Source: an uncultured delta proteobacterium
GTDB taxonomy: Bacteria > Desulfobacterota > Binatia > UBA9968
DNA length: 64,000 nucleotides
Assembly (NCBI GenBank): GCA_963727625.1
Contig: CAVSHR010000007.1
Location: forward strand, 1-64,000
Reading direction: 5' to 3'
Under the pieces are notes generated by a model that saw nothing but the letters and a program-made list of their open reading frames with translations, searched no databases and was not told the DNA's origin. The position numbers were made by a program, and so were the translations under genes. Of the stretch, positions 41,183-51,574 are shown piece by piece (the stretch's first letter is position 1; the number at the start of each line of letters is the position of its first letter).

Positions 41183-41643
41183 ATGCCTGATCACGAAAAG
41201 ATTTTTTTGTATTCCACTTCGAAGAATTTTTTCATTGCAGCGGGCGTTTTGATTGCCGTCTTCATGATCGGATATCTCGTAGGCTATTGGCCTTTACATG
41301 TCAGTGCCAGCAAGGTTAAGGAGCAAAATTCACAGCTCGAACAGAAACTCGGGTTGACTGAACACAGCCTTGGCTTTGCTAAGCTGCGCGGTCAAGTCGG
41401 CATGATGAGCTATGAGGCCAATCGGAACAACTATGCCGAAGCCGCAAATTTTTCAACGGCGTTTTTAACGGAATAAGGGAAACGATCCGCGACACTAAGG
41501 ACGAAGCATTGAAAGAGCAGCTGACAACGATCAGTGTGCGCAGGGACGAGATTACGACCAATCTCGCGCAGGCTGATTCGTCCGTTAAGGAAAAGCTCGC
41601 GCAGATCTATGCTGATCTCTTCAAGGTGACGGCGGTGCTCTGA
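41183..41643 (+). pseudogene. Membrane-anchored helical protein with a 1-nt deletion frameshift
   Basis: TM and coiled coil to NFSTAF; T5 run at 41462-41466; continues NGIRETIRD..RRDEITTNLAQAD..stop at 41641-41643. Confidence 0.65.
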
Positions 41644-42159
41644 GGGAATTTAAGTCAGCTTGAGCGAGGATCGTTGAGAGGAAATTTGGTGGCAGCCGAA
41701 TCGACGTCAGTCCTCTAGGCCGAGATCCTCGTTATTGTTGCGATGAAATTTACCGGCCCACTACTTTCACGGGTAGCTCCGCGATCATCCTGCAAGGCAT
41801 TCACTCGCGCGTTGACATCGGCAACGAGCGGCTTGAACCTTTTGGGGTTGGCGCGGAGCGGCAAACTCGCCGAGAGCGCGCTTGAACTCTTGCGCTGCCA
41901 TTTCCTTGATCGTCGAAAGAACCGCCGCCATCGCGTTATTCACCAGATATTGATTGGTCCAAGGTTTTCTTCCACCGCCCGGCCGCGGCCTCGACCTGAT
42001 CCGGTTCCGCGACATCAGCGCACCATCATCGGTGCGAGCTCTATAAGCGCTGGCCGACCGACTGCGCACGGGGGTGGCTGACCTTTGCGAAGTCGGTTTC
42101 GTTGCGCCGGCTCGTACGACTCTTTCCAGCGTGGAACAGATGGCAACGGCAGGAGGCAC

Positions 42160-43221
42160 ATGATCTTCACATATTTGTTGCTACTGGTGCCATTCTCGCT
42201 GGGTCTGGCGTACTTCCATGCCGCGCCGCTCTGGGTCTTCGTCAGCGCAGCCGCCGCGATCGTTCCGCTAGCCGAATGGATCCGCCGCGCCACCGAACAG
42301 ATGGCGGAACGGGCGGGACCAGCCATCGGTGGTCTTTTGAATGTGAGCTTCGGCAACGCCGCTGAGTTGGTCCTGGCGCTTTTTGTCCTCTACACCGGAA
42401 AGACAAGTGTCGTCAAAGCCACAATCACCGGTTCGATAATCGGCAACAGCTTGCTCGGCCTGGGCGTCGCCATCGTGGTCGGCAGCTGGGGGCGCGCAAA
42501 GCAAACCTTTCATCGTGAGCGAGCAGGGTTACTGGGAAGTCTTTTGATTCTATCGGTGATTGCGCTCTTACTCCCGGCGCTGTTCGATTATACCGAACGC
42601 GAACTGATTGCCACAGCAGGCGCGGAAACACTTGACGAAAGCCTCAGTTTGGGCGTCTCGGTAGTGCTAATCCTGGTCTATGCGGGAAATCTTGTTTACA
42701 CCCTGTTCACACACCGCGACGTCTTCACTATCGAAGAAAAGCACGACCGCGCCACATGGTCGTTGCTCCTTTCACTCGTAGTTCTCTTTGGCGCGACTGC
42801 CTTGGTGGCCGGGGAAGCGTACCTGGTTTCCGGAACGCTCGAGGCCACAGCCGGCAGCCTGGGCCTATCGGAGTTTTTCTTGGGCATCATCGTATTGCCG
42901 CTGGTGGGAAATGCCGCGGAATTTTTCGCGGCATTCTCTTTCGCGCGGCAGGATCGGATGGGGTTGGTCATGAGTATCGCTGTGGGCTCAAGTATTCAGG
43001 TGGCATTGTTGATGGCCCCCCTGCTTGTGCTGATCTCGTACGGTTTACGCCGTCCGATGAACTTGGTGTTCAGTAACCCGCTAGAGTTGATTGCCATTGC
43101 CGCAACGGTGTTCGCGGTCAATTCGATCGCTCAGGACGGCGAAACAACGTGGTTCGAGGGCGTGTTGCTGATTGCCGTGTATGCACTCTTGGCCATGACC
43201 TTCTTTTTTGTGACCGCATGA
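42160..43221 (+). CDS. cax: Ca2+/H+ antiporter (CaCA), second homolog
   Basis: [26 protein letters not shown]. Confidence 0.9.
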   Translation: MIFTYLLLLVPFSLGLAYFHAAPLWVFVSAAAAIVPLAEWIRRATEQMAERAGPAIGGLLNVSFGNAAELVLALFVLYTGKTSVVKATITGSIIGNSLLGLGVAIVVGSWGRAKQTFHRERAGLLGSLLILSVIALLLPALFDYTERELIATAGAETLDESLSLGVSVVLILVYAGNLVYTLFTHRDVFTIEEKHDRATWSLLLSLVVLFGATALVAGEAYLVSGTLEATAGSLGLSEFFLGIIVLPLVGNAAEFFAAFSFARQDRMGLVMSIAVGSSIQVALLMAPLLVLISYGLRRPMNLVFSNPLELIAIAATVFAVNSIAQDGETTWFEGVLLIAVYALLAMTFFFVTA

Positions 43222-43314
43222 GAAAAACCCAAACGTCAGAAGATCTCTCCATGGCCACCCGATAGACGGCGCAAGCGTCGGTGATAGTCAATCGGCTCGC
43301 TTCGATTGAAATGG

Positions 43315-43700
43315 TGAACCGCTCGAAGGGACATTTAGCACCCGCCGAGTTTTCGTTAGCTTGTAAGTAGGCAACTGAGGACAGGATGGGGAGCTGAGGC
43401 ATTTTGCCTCGACGGCGCGCTAGTTTGTCACACCACCACAGGCTGCTAGTCGGCGGCAGGACGCGCGCATCTCGAATGCATTGACGAAATTCCTCCCTGC
43501 AGTACGAAAACCTTGTAGAGATGTATCGCTGTTGCGACTTTCCCTTCCGGCATTGTTCTTGCGCATTCAGTTAGCAGTAGGACTGTGACTCGCTGTTTGA
43601 GGGATTCATGCATAAATAAATCTTTTCAAGTCGGTCCACTATTAGACAGCGATCTCTCGTGAAAAAAAATAGGCTCAGTAACATAACAAGGAGGTAAACC
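43315..43700 (+). repeat. Regulatory cassette copy C
   Basis: UAS centres at 43403 and 43424, sigma54 core at 43548-43562, palindrome at 43634-43647. Confidence 0.88.
43548..43562 (+). promoter_or_regulatory. sigma54 (-24/-12) promoter
   Basis: CGGCATTGTTCTTGC. Confidence 0.75.
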
Positions 43701-44228
43701 ATGGCTGAAAATAACGCAGTGGTGGGGGTCTATAACTCCCACACCGAGGCAGAAGCAAGCATCAAAGAGCTGCAGCGGTCAGGCTTCGACATGAAGAAGT
43801 TGTCGATCGTGGGCAAGGACTATCATACTGAAGAACACGTCGTCGGCTACTACAATACCGGCGACCGCATGAAGGTCTGGGGCAAGCTTGGGGCCTTTTG
43901 GGGCGGCTTTTGGGGACTTCTGTTTGGGTCGGCGATGTTTGTAATCCCAGGCATCGGTCCGCTCATCGTGTTCGGACCGCTGGTGGGGTGGATTGTCGGA
44001 GCACTGGAAAGCGCCGTCGTCGTCGGCGGGCTTGGTGCGTTGGGCGCCGGGCTGGCCAGCATAGGGATTCCCAAAGACAGCATCATGCAGTACGAGACTG
44101 CGCTCAAGTCTGACAAGTTCCTGGTCATCGCGCACGGCCCAGCCGGCGAGGTAGCCAAGGCCAAGAGCATTTTAGAGACGACCGGCGCAGCACAAATCGC
44201 CGCCCATCAAGGGGTATCGGCAGCTTAA
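43701..44228 (+). CDS. General stress protein (YflT/DUF1269-like), copy 2
   Basis: 175 aa, near-identical to 13412-13939. Confidence 0.85.
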   Translation: MAENNAVVGVYNSHTEAEASIKELQRSGFDMKKLSIVGKDYHTEEHVVGYYNTGDRMKVWGKLGAFWGGFWGLLFGSAMFVIPGIGPLIVFGPLVGWIVGALESAVVVGGLGALGAGLASIGIPKDSIMQYETALKSDKFLVIAHGPAGEVAKAKSILETTGAAQIAAHQGVSAA

Positions 44229-44379
44229 CTTGCTGTGACGACAACGGGCCCGGGTCTGGAGGGAGTGGCAGGGCCTGACTCGTGCGCTGGAAGCGCGACT
44301 TGTTACTCGCGCAATCCGCGTCGAGGGAGAAACAAAAGCACGGCGCGCCGAATAGGATTCGGAGACAAGGAAGAATCCC

Positions 44380-44850
44380 ATGACGAAACAAATCGTGGTC
44401 CACGGTCAGCGGGTCAAGCTCTATAGTCCAGACGGAGGACACACTTGGTCGAGCAACCCGCAAGCGATCAGTGCTTACGGACGACGGAAGGAACTGTTGC
44501 GCTTGGAGTTAAAATACAGCTTTGCGCGGATCGACGAGATGGGGGACCTCGATACGGATGATTTTAGTGAATTAGACACTCCAAAAAGCCTGACCAAGGC
44601 AAAGGAGAAAATTCATGCGCCCACCAGCGTGAATAAAGCACAGCTTGCTCGACTTGATACTAGGCGCGGCGTTTCCGGCGGCTACGCGCAAGGGCTGGAC
44701 GATTCTGCAAACCAAGTCGGACTTCTCGATCACGGAGGGTTTCATCGAAAGGTCCAACCATGTCGACAACGTCCGCGGCCGGATCATTTCTCACACGGTA
44801 AGGCGAGTTCCGTTCAGGCGAAAGCTAACGATAGGAACGAGATAAGATAA
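44380..44850 (+). CDS. Hypothetical protein (C-terminal half may be non-native)
   Basis: AAGGA RBS; VKLYSPDGGHTWSS N-terminal motif. Confidence 0.4.
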   Translation: MTKQIVVHGQRVKLYSPDGGHTWSSNPQAISAYGRRKELLRLELKYSFARIDEMGDLDTDDFSELDTPKSLTKAKEKIHAPTSVNKAQLARLDTRRGVSGGYAQGLDDSANQVGLLDHGGFHRKVQPCRQRPRPDHFSHGKASSVQAKANDRNEIR

Positions 44851-44865
44851 AAGGGGGGAAAGAGC

Positions 44866-45684
44866 ATGCAAAAAAGCGTAAGTGATCTGAAGGGTAATAG
44901 CATCGTCGCAACGGACGGTGACATTGGCAAGGTGGCGGATTTCTATTTCGACGACAAATCCTGGACCATCCGCTATCTGGTGGCCGACACCGGCAATTGG
45001 CTTTTCGGCCGAAAGGTACTGATCTCGCCGATCGCAATCGACAAGACGAATTTTTCTAGCGGGCGGTTCAACGTGACGCTGACCAAGAAGCAAGTCGAGG
45101 AGAGCCCCAGCATTGACACCGACAAGCCGGTTTCACGCCAGCACGAGGCCTATTATCACGACTACTACGGTTACCCCTATTATTGGACTGGTCCTTATTT
45201 GTGGGGCCCCATGTACTTTCCTCAGCTCCCAGACGCCGATCAAAAAAGAATTGAAGAACGGCGCGCGGAGCGCGAAGAAGGCGGCGATCTTCATTTGCGC
45301 AGCGCTGCTAACGTGACCGGCTATCACATCGAGGCCACGGATGGCGGCGTCGGTCATGTCGAAGACTTTATCATTGACGATGAAACCTGGGAGATTCGCT
45401 ACATGGTGGTGGATACGCGCAATTGGTTGCCGGGCAAGAAGGTGCTGATCGCGCCGCGGTGGATCGATCGGGTGAGCTGGAACGATTCCAAGGTATACGC
45501 AAGCTTATCCCGAGAGGCGATCAAGAACGCCCCCGAGTATCAACCCGACACTCTCAACCGGGAATACGAGGAGAAGCTGCACGATCATTACGATCGGCCG
45601 AAGTATTGGGATTCTCCTGTTGCCGCCCCGAAAAGCGCCTCGGATAAAACCCGGCTTCAAGGAGCTGATCGCAGCAAAGGATGA
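44866..45684 (+). CDS. Tandem PRC-barrel protein, copy 2
   Basis: Near-identical to 40369-41133, with an extended C-terminus. Confidence 0.9.
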   Translation: MQKSVSDLKGNSIVATDGDIGKVADFYFDDKSWTIRYLVADTGNWLFGRKVLISPIAIDKTNFSSGRFNVTLTKKQVEESPSIDTDKPVSRQHEAYYHDYYGYPYYWTGPYLWGPMYFPQLPDADQKRIEERRAEREEGGDLHLRSAANVTGYHIEATDGGVGHVEDFIIDDETWEIRYMVVDTRNWLPGKKVLIAPRWIDRVSWNDSKVYASLSREAIKNAPEYQPDTLNREYEEKLHDHYDRPKYWDSPVAAPKSASDKTRLQGADRSKG

Positions 45685-45749
45685 GATATCCTTGGGCGTA
45701 AGTTGTTGGAACCCGCTGTCGGCGAAGCTGTCAATCCCTTGGCAGCTGC

Positions 45750-45910
45750 CATCGACGGGATCATCGCCGGATTGCTGCGGCGTTTATTACGGGAAGGCCA
45801 ACAACGTCGGCGGTTTCGCGCCCGGACCGGCGCTGATGCGCAAATACAGCTTGACCGCTGAGAACGCCTGCAAACGATCACTGGCGTTGCTGGAGAAAAA
45901 CATTGGCTGA
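45750..45910 (+). pseudogene. 3' relic of a second transketolase
   Basis: FAPGPALMRKYSLTAENACKRSLALL resembles the tkt tail SAPG..LM.EYGFT.ENV..RALAL; lies directly before rpiB. Confidence 0.5.
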
Positions 45911-46397
45911 TTCGCGGACAGTGCTGCCAAGGACGCCGAAACGCATCGGTGTCGCTGCCGATCATGGAGGATTTGAGTCGAAGGAATATCTGGTCGGGAT
46001 GTTGCGTGAAGCTCGCTATGAAGTGATTGACTTTGGCGACGGGCAGCCAAACCCGGATAATGACTACCCGGATTTTGTTGTGCCCTTGGCGCGTGCAATT
46101 ACCCGCGGCGAGGTGGATCGCGGCGTGGCCATCTGCGGTAGTGGCGTGGGTGCGTGCATTGCCGCCAACAAGGTGCCGGGCGTGCGGGCGTGCCTGATCC
46201 ATGAGAGTTTTTCAGCGCACCAGGGGGTCGAGGACGACGACATGAATGTGATCTGCCTGGGCGGCCTTGTGGTCGCGAATACGCTCGCTTTGGAGTTGGT
46301 CCGAGTATTTCTCCAAGCACGATTCGGGGGCGCCGAGCGTCACCGGCGTCGTCTGGCTAAAGTCGCAGCGCTGGAAAGCAGGGAGGCAGAAGCATGA
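45903..46397 (+). CDS. rpiB: Ribose-5-phosphate isomerase B family
   Basis: AADHGG, DYPD, ICGSGVG, ANKVPGVRA, RHRRRL.K. Confidence 0.9.
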   Translation: MADSRTVLPRTPKRIGVAADHGGFESKEYLVGMLREARYEVIDFGDGQPNPDNDYPDFVVPLARAITRGEVDRGVAICGSGVGACIAANKVPGVRACLIHESFSAHQGVEDDDMNVICLGGLVVANTLALELVRVFLQARFGGAERHRRRLAKVAALESREAEA

Positions 46398-46448
46398 GCA
46401 GCAACCCTTTGAAATGGTTGGGACGACTGGGTTTTTGACGATAGGGTC

Positions 46449-48125
46449 ATGAAAGTAAGCCCTCTTGCAGGCAAGCCAGCCACGCCCGCAATGCTGGTCG
46501 ACGTACCCAGACTTGTCACGGTGTATTATGCCGAGACGCCTGACGCGTCAGTACCGGAACAACGGGTTGCCTTCGGCACCTCGGGCCACCGTGGTTCCGC
46601 ATTCGAAAAGTCTTTCAATGAATGGCATATCCTCGCCATCAGTCAGGCCATTTGTCTGTACCGAAAGCGGCAGAAGATCGATGGCCCGTTATTTCTCGGC
46701 ATGGACACGCACGCGCTGTCTGTGCCGGCCCTTGCCAGCGCGCTGGAGGTGCTGGCGGCCAACGGCGTGGATGTCATGATCGCTGAGGGAGACGAATATA
46801 CCCCAACCCCCGCCGTTTCTCACGCGATTCTCACGTACAACCATGGGCGCAAGACCGGATTCGCCGACGGCATCGTCATCACGCCATCACACAATCCGCC
46901 ACATGACGGCGGTTTCAAATACAATCCCCCAAACGGCGGGCCGGCGGAAGCCGCCGTCACCGGCTGGATCGAGGCGAAGGCAAACGAGTTTATCGAGAAT
47001 GGCCTTCGAGGCTTGAAAAGGATTGCTTTCGAAAAAGCGCTGCACGCACCGACGACGCATCCACACGACTATCTTAACGCTTATGTGAGCGATCTCGCCA
47101 ATGTGCTCGACATGGACGCGATTCGCGGAGCGAGGATCGGGATGGGAGTTGACCCACTCGGCGGCGCCGGGGTCCACTACTGGGGGCCGATTGCCGAGCG
47201 CTACGGGTTGAACCTCACCGTCGTCAATGAGGCCGTTGATCCGACTTTCCGTTTCATGACGGTGGATTGGGATGGCCAGATCCGCATGGATCCCTCCTCG
47301 CCCTACGCCATGCAGAGCTTGATCCGCCTCAAGGATCGCTTCGACATCGCTTTCGCCTGCGACACCGACCATGACCGGCACGGGATCGTCACCCGAAACG
47401 CGGGGTTGCTGCCGCCCAACCATTACCTTTCCGTCGCTATCTACTACCTCTTTCAACACCGGCCGAAGTGGCGCAAGGGAGCGGCGATCGGCAAAACGGT
47501 GGTGAGCAGCCGGATGATCGATCTCGTCACCGCCAAGCTTGGGCGGAAGCTCTACGAGGTGCCGGTCGGTTTCAAGTGGTTCGTCGACGGCTTGCTCGAC
47601 GGCTCGCTTGGCTTCGCTGGCGAAGAGAGCGCAGGGGCCTCCTTCGCTCGTTTGGATGGCACCGTTTGGACGACCGACAAAGATGGAATTGTCCCGGCTT
47701 TGCTATCGGCGGAGATCACCGCGCGCATGGGCCGCGACCCCGGCGAAATCTACCGTGAGCTTGCGCGCGAGTTTGGCGAACCTGTTTACGACCGTGTCGA
47801 AGCGCCGGCTACTCCGGAGCAAAAACAAATGCTGGCGCAGCTCTCACCACGACAGATAACGTCTGCCGAGCTGGCCGGCGAAAACATTCAGAGCATCCTC
47901 ACTCAGGCTCCTGGCAACGGCGCTCCCATCGGCGGAATGAAGGTGATTACCGAGAGCGGATGGTTCGCGGCGCGTCCGTCAGGGACCGAAGACATCTACA
48001 AGATCTATGCGGAGAGCTTCCGGGGAGCGGATCATCTGCGCCGCATCGTGGAGGAAGCACAGAACATCGTCGGCAAAGCTTTGGCCGTGTCCCCACAGCA
48101 GCCGGGGATATTCCAACGGAGGTAA
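46449..48125 (+). CDS. pgm: Phosphoglucomutase (glucose-phosphate specific)
   Basis: FGTSGHRG, TPSHNPP, DTDHDR, GEESAG, RPSGTE. Confidence 0.95.
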   Translation: MKVSPLAGKPATPAMLVDVPRLVTVYYAETPDASVPEQRVAFGTSGHRGSAFEKSFNEWHILAISQAICLYRKRQKIDGPLFLGMDTHALSVPALASALEVLAANGVDVMIAEGDEYTPTPAVSHAILTYNHGRKTGFADGIVITPSHNPPHDGGFKYNPPNGGPAEAAVTGWIEAKANEFIENGLRGLKRIAFEKALHAPTTHPHDYLNAYVSDLANVLDMDAIRGARIGMGVDPLGGAGVHYWGPIAERYGLNLTVVNEAVDPTFRFMTVDWDGQIRMDPSSPYAMQSLIRLKDRFDIAFACDTDHDRHGIVTRNAGLLPPNHYLSVAIYYLFQHRPKWRKGAAIGKTVVSSRMIDLVTAKLGRKLYEVPVGFKWFVDGLLDGSLGFAGEESAGASFARLDGTVWTTDKDGIVPALLSAEITARMGRDPGEIYRELAREFGEPVYDRVEAPATPEQKQMLAQLSPRQITSAELAGENIQSILTQAPGNGAPIGGMKVITESGWFAARPSGTEDIYKIYAESFRGADHLRRIVEEAQNIVGKALAVSPQQPGIFQRR

Positions 48126-48128
48126 ATC

Positions 48129-48530
48129 ATGAAAAAGGCAATTGTAGTTCTGGCGATCGTGTTCCTCTCAAGTATGGCGGCACAGGCACAGATGGGCGGT
48201 GGGATGGGTGGTGGAATGATGAATGAACATGAGGGCGGGGATCCGCGGGGATCTGTGACGGCAACTTCCGGAGCGGGAATTTTCAGTGCTAATTGCGCGA
48301 GCTGTCATCTCAACGGGGGAAATGTTGTGACACCAAATTTACCCGTGAATGGTTCCCGCACGTTGGCGGACTTTAAAACATTCCTTAATTTCATTCGCGA
48401 TCCCAAAATGCCTGATGGGTCTAGAGGCGCAATGCCTGCTAGTACTCAATCTAAAATCTCTGACCGGCAGGCGGAGACACTTTATCAATTTATTACCGCT
48501 AAATATGGTTCTGATAAGTCGGGAAATTAG
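48129..48530 (+). CDS. Monoheme c-type cytochrome (c6-like) with a Met/Gly-rich N-terminus
   Basis: Signal peptide, MGGGMGGGMM, CASCH.NGGN, GAMP. Confidence 0.82.
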   Translation: MKKAIVVLAIVFLSSMAAQAQMGGGMGGGMMNEHEGGDPRGSVTATSGAGIFSANCASCHLNGGNVVTPNLPVNGSRTLADFKTFLNFIRDPKMPDGSRGAMPASTQSKISDRQAETLYQFITAKYGSDKSGN

Positions 48531-48600
48531 GGGCATCCACCGTAGATAAGGTGGTGCTCCAGAACACGAGTGCAAGCGGCGGAGCCGTGAAGGAGAAGCT

Positions 48601-51147
48601 ATGAGCGAACAAACCCGTGCCAGCCACCCCCTCTACAATCTTCTCCCCACGGAAATCGAGGGATTCGATTCCCTGGCCGAGCTTGCCTTGGATATGCGGT
48701 CGTCGTGGAATCATGCCACCGACCAGGTGTGGCGGCAGTTGGATGCCGTGCTGTGGGAGCTCACGCATAACCCTTGGGTCGTTCTGCAGACGGTCTCGCG
48801 CGACCAGATCGAGCGCCTGTTGGCCGATCCCGCTTTCCGCAAAAACGTTGACGATCTAGTGCAAGCCAGACGCGATGCGGCGCAGGCGCCGGCGTGGTTT
48901 CAGCAGAATCATTCGCAAGGTCCCCTGACCTGCGCCGCTTATTTCAGCATGGAATTCATGTTGAGCGAAGCGCTGCCGATTTACTCGGGCGGGTTGGGCA
49001 ACGTGGCCGGCGATCAGCTCAAAGCTGCCAGCGATCTTGGCGTGCCGGTGATCGGCGTGGGGCTGCTCTACCAGCAAGGCTATTTTCGCCAGATGATCGA
49101 CAAGGAGGGCGCGCAACAGGCCCTCTTCCCATATAACGATCCCGGACAGTTGCCGATCACGCCGCTGCGCCAAGCGAACGGCGAGTGGCTGCGGTTGGAG
49201 ATCGCCTTGCCGGGTTACTCGGTCTGGCTGCGCGCCTGGCAGGTCCAGGTTGGCAGAGTGAAGCTCTACCTGTTGGACAGCAATGATGCCGCGAATTACC
49301 CCGTGCATCGAGGCATTACCAGCGAGCTGTATGGCGGCGGGCCGGAGCTGCGCCTCAAGCAAGAACTGCTGCTCGGCATCGGCGGCTGGCGGTTGCTTGG
49401 GGCGCTCGGCATCGAGCCGGAGGTCTGTCATCTGAATGAAGGGCATGCGGCCTTCGCGGTGTTGGAGCGCGCCCGCAGTTTCATGCAAGAAACCGGGCAG
49501 CCCTTCGAAGTCGCCCTGGCCGTCACTCGAGCTGGGAACCTCTTCACCACCCATACGGCTGTAGCCGCCGGTTTTGATCGTTTCGCTCCGGCTCTCATCG
49601 AACAATACCTCGGAGGTTATGCCGAGCAGAAGCTCGGCATAACCCTCCACGATTTGCTGGCCTTGGGCCGCCAGAATCCAAACGACTCGTCGGAGAATTT
49701 CAACATGGCCTATCTGGCGATTCGCGGCAGCGGGGCGGTCAATGGCGTGAGCCGCCTGCACGGGAAAGTCAGCCGGCACCTCTTCGAGCCTCTCTTTCCG
49801 CACTGGCCAGAAGATGAAGTGCCCGTCGGCCACGTGACCAACGGAGTCCACATGCCGACCTGGGACTCGGCCCCGGCCGATGATTTGTGGACGGAAGCCT
49901 GTGGAAAAGACCGCTGGCTGGGGACGACGGAAACTCTTGAGCGGGATATTCGCCGCGTCTCCGACGCCAGCCTTTGGCAATTTCGAATCGCCGCCAGCAA
50001 GTCTCTTGTTGAATATGCGCGCCAACGATTGTCCCGGCAACTGGCCTCTTCAGGCGCGTCACTGGAGGCGGCTGAAGTGGCGAAACATCTTTTTGATCCC
50101 AACGCGTTGACCCTGGGATTTGCCCGGCGCTTCGCGACCTACAAGAGACCGAACCTGCTGCTACACGACCGGGAGCGACTGCTTCGCCTGTTAACCAATC
50201 CGCAGCGACCGGTGCAACTCATCATCGCGGGCAAGGCCCATCCGGCAGATCTGGCGGGGCAGGCTCTGATTCAAGAATGGATTCGTTTCATCCGGCGGCC
50301 CGAGGTCCGCCGGCATGTGATCTTCCTCGGCGACTACGACATGCTGTTGTCCGAGCACCTGGTGCAAGGGGTGGATGTCTGGATCAATACGCCACGGCGG
50401 CCCTGGGAAGCGAGCGGAACGAGCGGCATGAAAGTACTCGTCAATGGCGGCATCAATCTTTCGGAATTGGACGGTTGGTGGGCCGAAGCCTACACGCCGG
50501 AGATGGGATGGGCGTTAGGCGACGGCCAGGAGCATGGCGATGATCCATCCTGGGATGCTGTTGAAGCACAGGCGCTTTACGACCTGCTCGAACGGGAAGT
50601 GATCCCCGAGTTTTATGCGCGCAACGAGAACGGTATTCCTACCGCCTGGGTAGCGCGTATGCGTGAAAGCATGGCGCGGCTGACACCGCGTTTTTCCGCC
50701 AACCGTACGGTCCGGGAGTACACCGAGCAACACTACCTTCCAGCTGCCGCCGCCTATCGAGCGCGCGCAGCTGACAAAGGCGCGCTGGGCAGGCAGGTGG
50801 TCGGTTGGCAGGACGCCCTGGAACAGAACTGGGCAATGCTGCACTTTGGCGACGTGAAGGTTGAGACTGTCGAACAGCAGCACGTGTTTGAAGTTCAGGC
50901 CTATCTTGGGGACGTCGATCCGGAGTCGGTGCGCGTCGAGCTCTATGCCGACGGAGTCAACGGCGAGGGCCCGGTTCGCCAGGAAATGAAGCATGTTCGC
51001 CAACTGGTGGGCTCGGCCGGCGGCTACCTTTACAGCGCGGCCGTGCCTGTTGACCGTCCAGCCGCGGACTATACGGCGCGAGTCCTGCCGCACTGCTCGG
51101 GCGTCGCGGTTCCTCTGGAAGCCGCTCACATCCTATGGCAGCGATGA
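48601..51147 (+). CDS. glgP: Alpha-glucan (glycogen) phosphorylase
   Basis: YFSMEF, YSGGLG, HLNEGH, RRFATYKR, EASGTSGMK (PLP Lys). Confidence 0.95.
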   Translation: MSEQTRASHPLYNLLPTEIEGFDSLAELALDMRSSWNHATDQVWRQLDAVLWELTHNPWVVLQTVSRDQIERLLADPAFRKNVDDLVQARRDAAQAPAWFQQNHSQGPLTCAAYFSMEFMLSEALPIYSGGLGNVAGDQLKAASDLGVPVIGVGLLYQQGYFRQMIDKEGAQQALFPYNDPGQLPITPLRQANGEWLRLEIALPGYSVWLRAWQVQVGRVKLYLLDSNDAANYPVHRGITSELYGGGPELRLKQELLLGIGGWRLLGALGIEPEVCHLNEGHAAFAVLERARSFMQETGQPFEVALAVTRAGNLFTTHTAVAAGFDRFAPALIEQYLGGYAEQKLGITLHDLLALGRQNPNDSSENFNMAYLAIRGSGAVNGVSRLHGKVSRHLFEPLFPHWPEDEVPVGHVTNGVHMPTWDSAPADDLWTEACGKDRWLGTTETLERDIRRVSDASLWQFRIAASKSLVEYARQRLSRQLASSGASLEAAEVAKHLFDPNALTLGFARRFATYKRPNLLLHDRERLLRLLTNPQRPVQLIIAGKAHPADLAGQALIQEWIRFIRRPEVRRHVIFLGDYDMLLSEHLVQGVDVWINTPRRPWEASGTSGMKVLVNGGINLSELDGWWAEAYTPEMGWALGDGQEHGDDPSWDAVEAQALYDLLEREVIPEFYARNENGIPTAWVARMRESMARLTPRFSANRTVREYTEQHYLPAAAAYRARAADKGALGRQVVGWQDALEQNWAMLHFGDVKVETVEQQHVFEVQAYLGDVDPESVRVELYADGVNGEGPVRQEMKHVRQLVGSAGGYLYSAAVPVDRPAADYTARVLPHCSGVAVPLEAAHILWQR

Positions 51148-51456
51148 TCCGATCGACCGAAGAAAAGACGATGAAGAAAGCGACGGTAATGGTTCGGTTT
51201 CCAGGCCTCATCGCGCACGGCTTTCTGGGCTGCAGGTGTGACACCGCTGAACCAGTCAAATGAAACTGAAGTGATATGGCCATCGAGCCCGTCTGCGGCA
51301 TTGGCATGGACAAAGAACTCAGGACTGCGCGCTCGGTGTGCCGCGTTTTGGGTCTTACCCTTGCCAAGGAACATGATCATGAAAACGGCGTCTGAAAGGA
51401 CATTGTTATAAAAGTGAAAAATGTCGGTAAGCAGAACATCCCCGCGGTCGCAACTC

Positions 51457-51572
51457 TGAGCTGCCCCGGGTTTCACGGACAGTTAATTAAGCACCCACGC
51501 TGGTCAATTCGTACTGCATGGGTGTTTGGTAAGCCAGCGATTGATGTGTGTGATTCATAGACATCCTTTCAT
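51457..51572 (-). mobile_element. IS3-family relic (terminal IR plus end of orfB)
   Basis: TGAGCTGCCCCGGGTTTCACGGACAG, an IS51/IS3411-like end; the minus strand encodes HQSLAYQTPMQYE. Confidence 0.7.
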
Positions 51573-51574
51573 TA

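Noticed and set aside
41743-42159. ORFs in the spacer before the second cax
   Set aside because: No recognisable family, RBS or consistent frame; left unannotated
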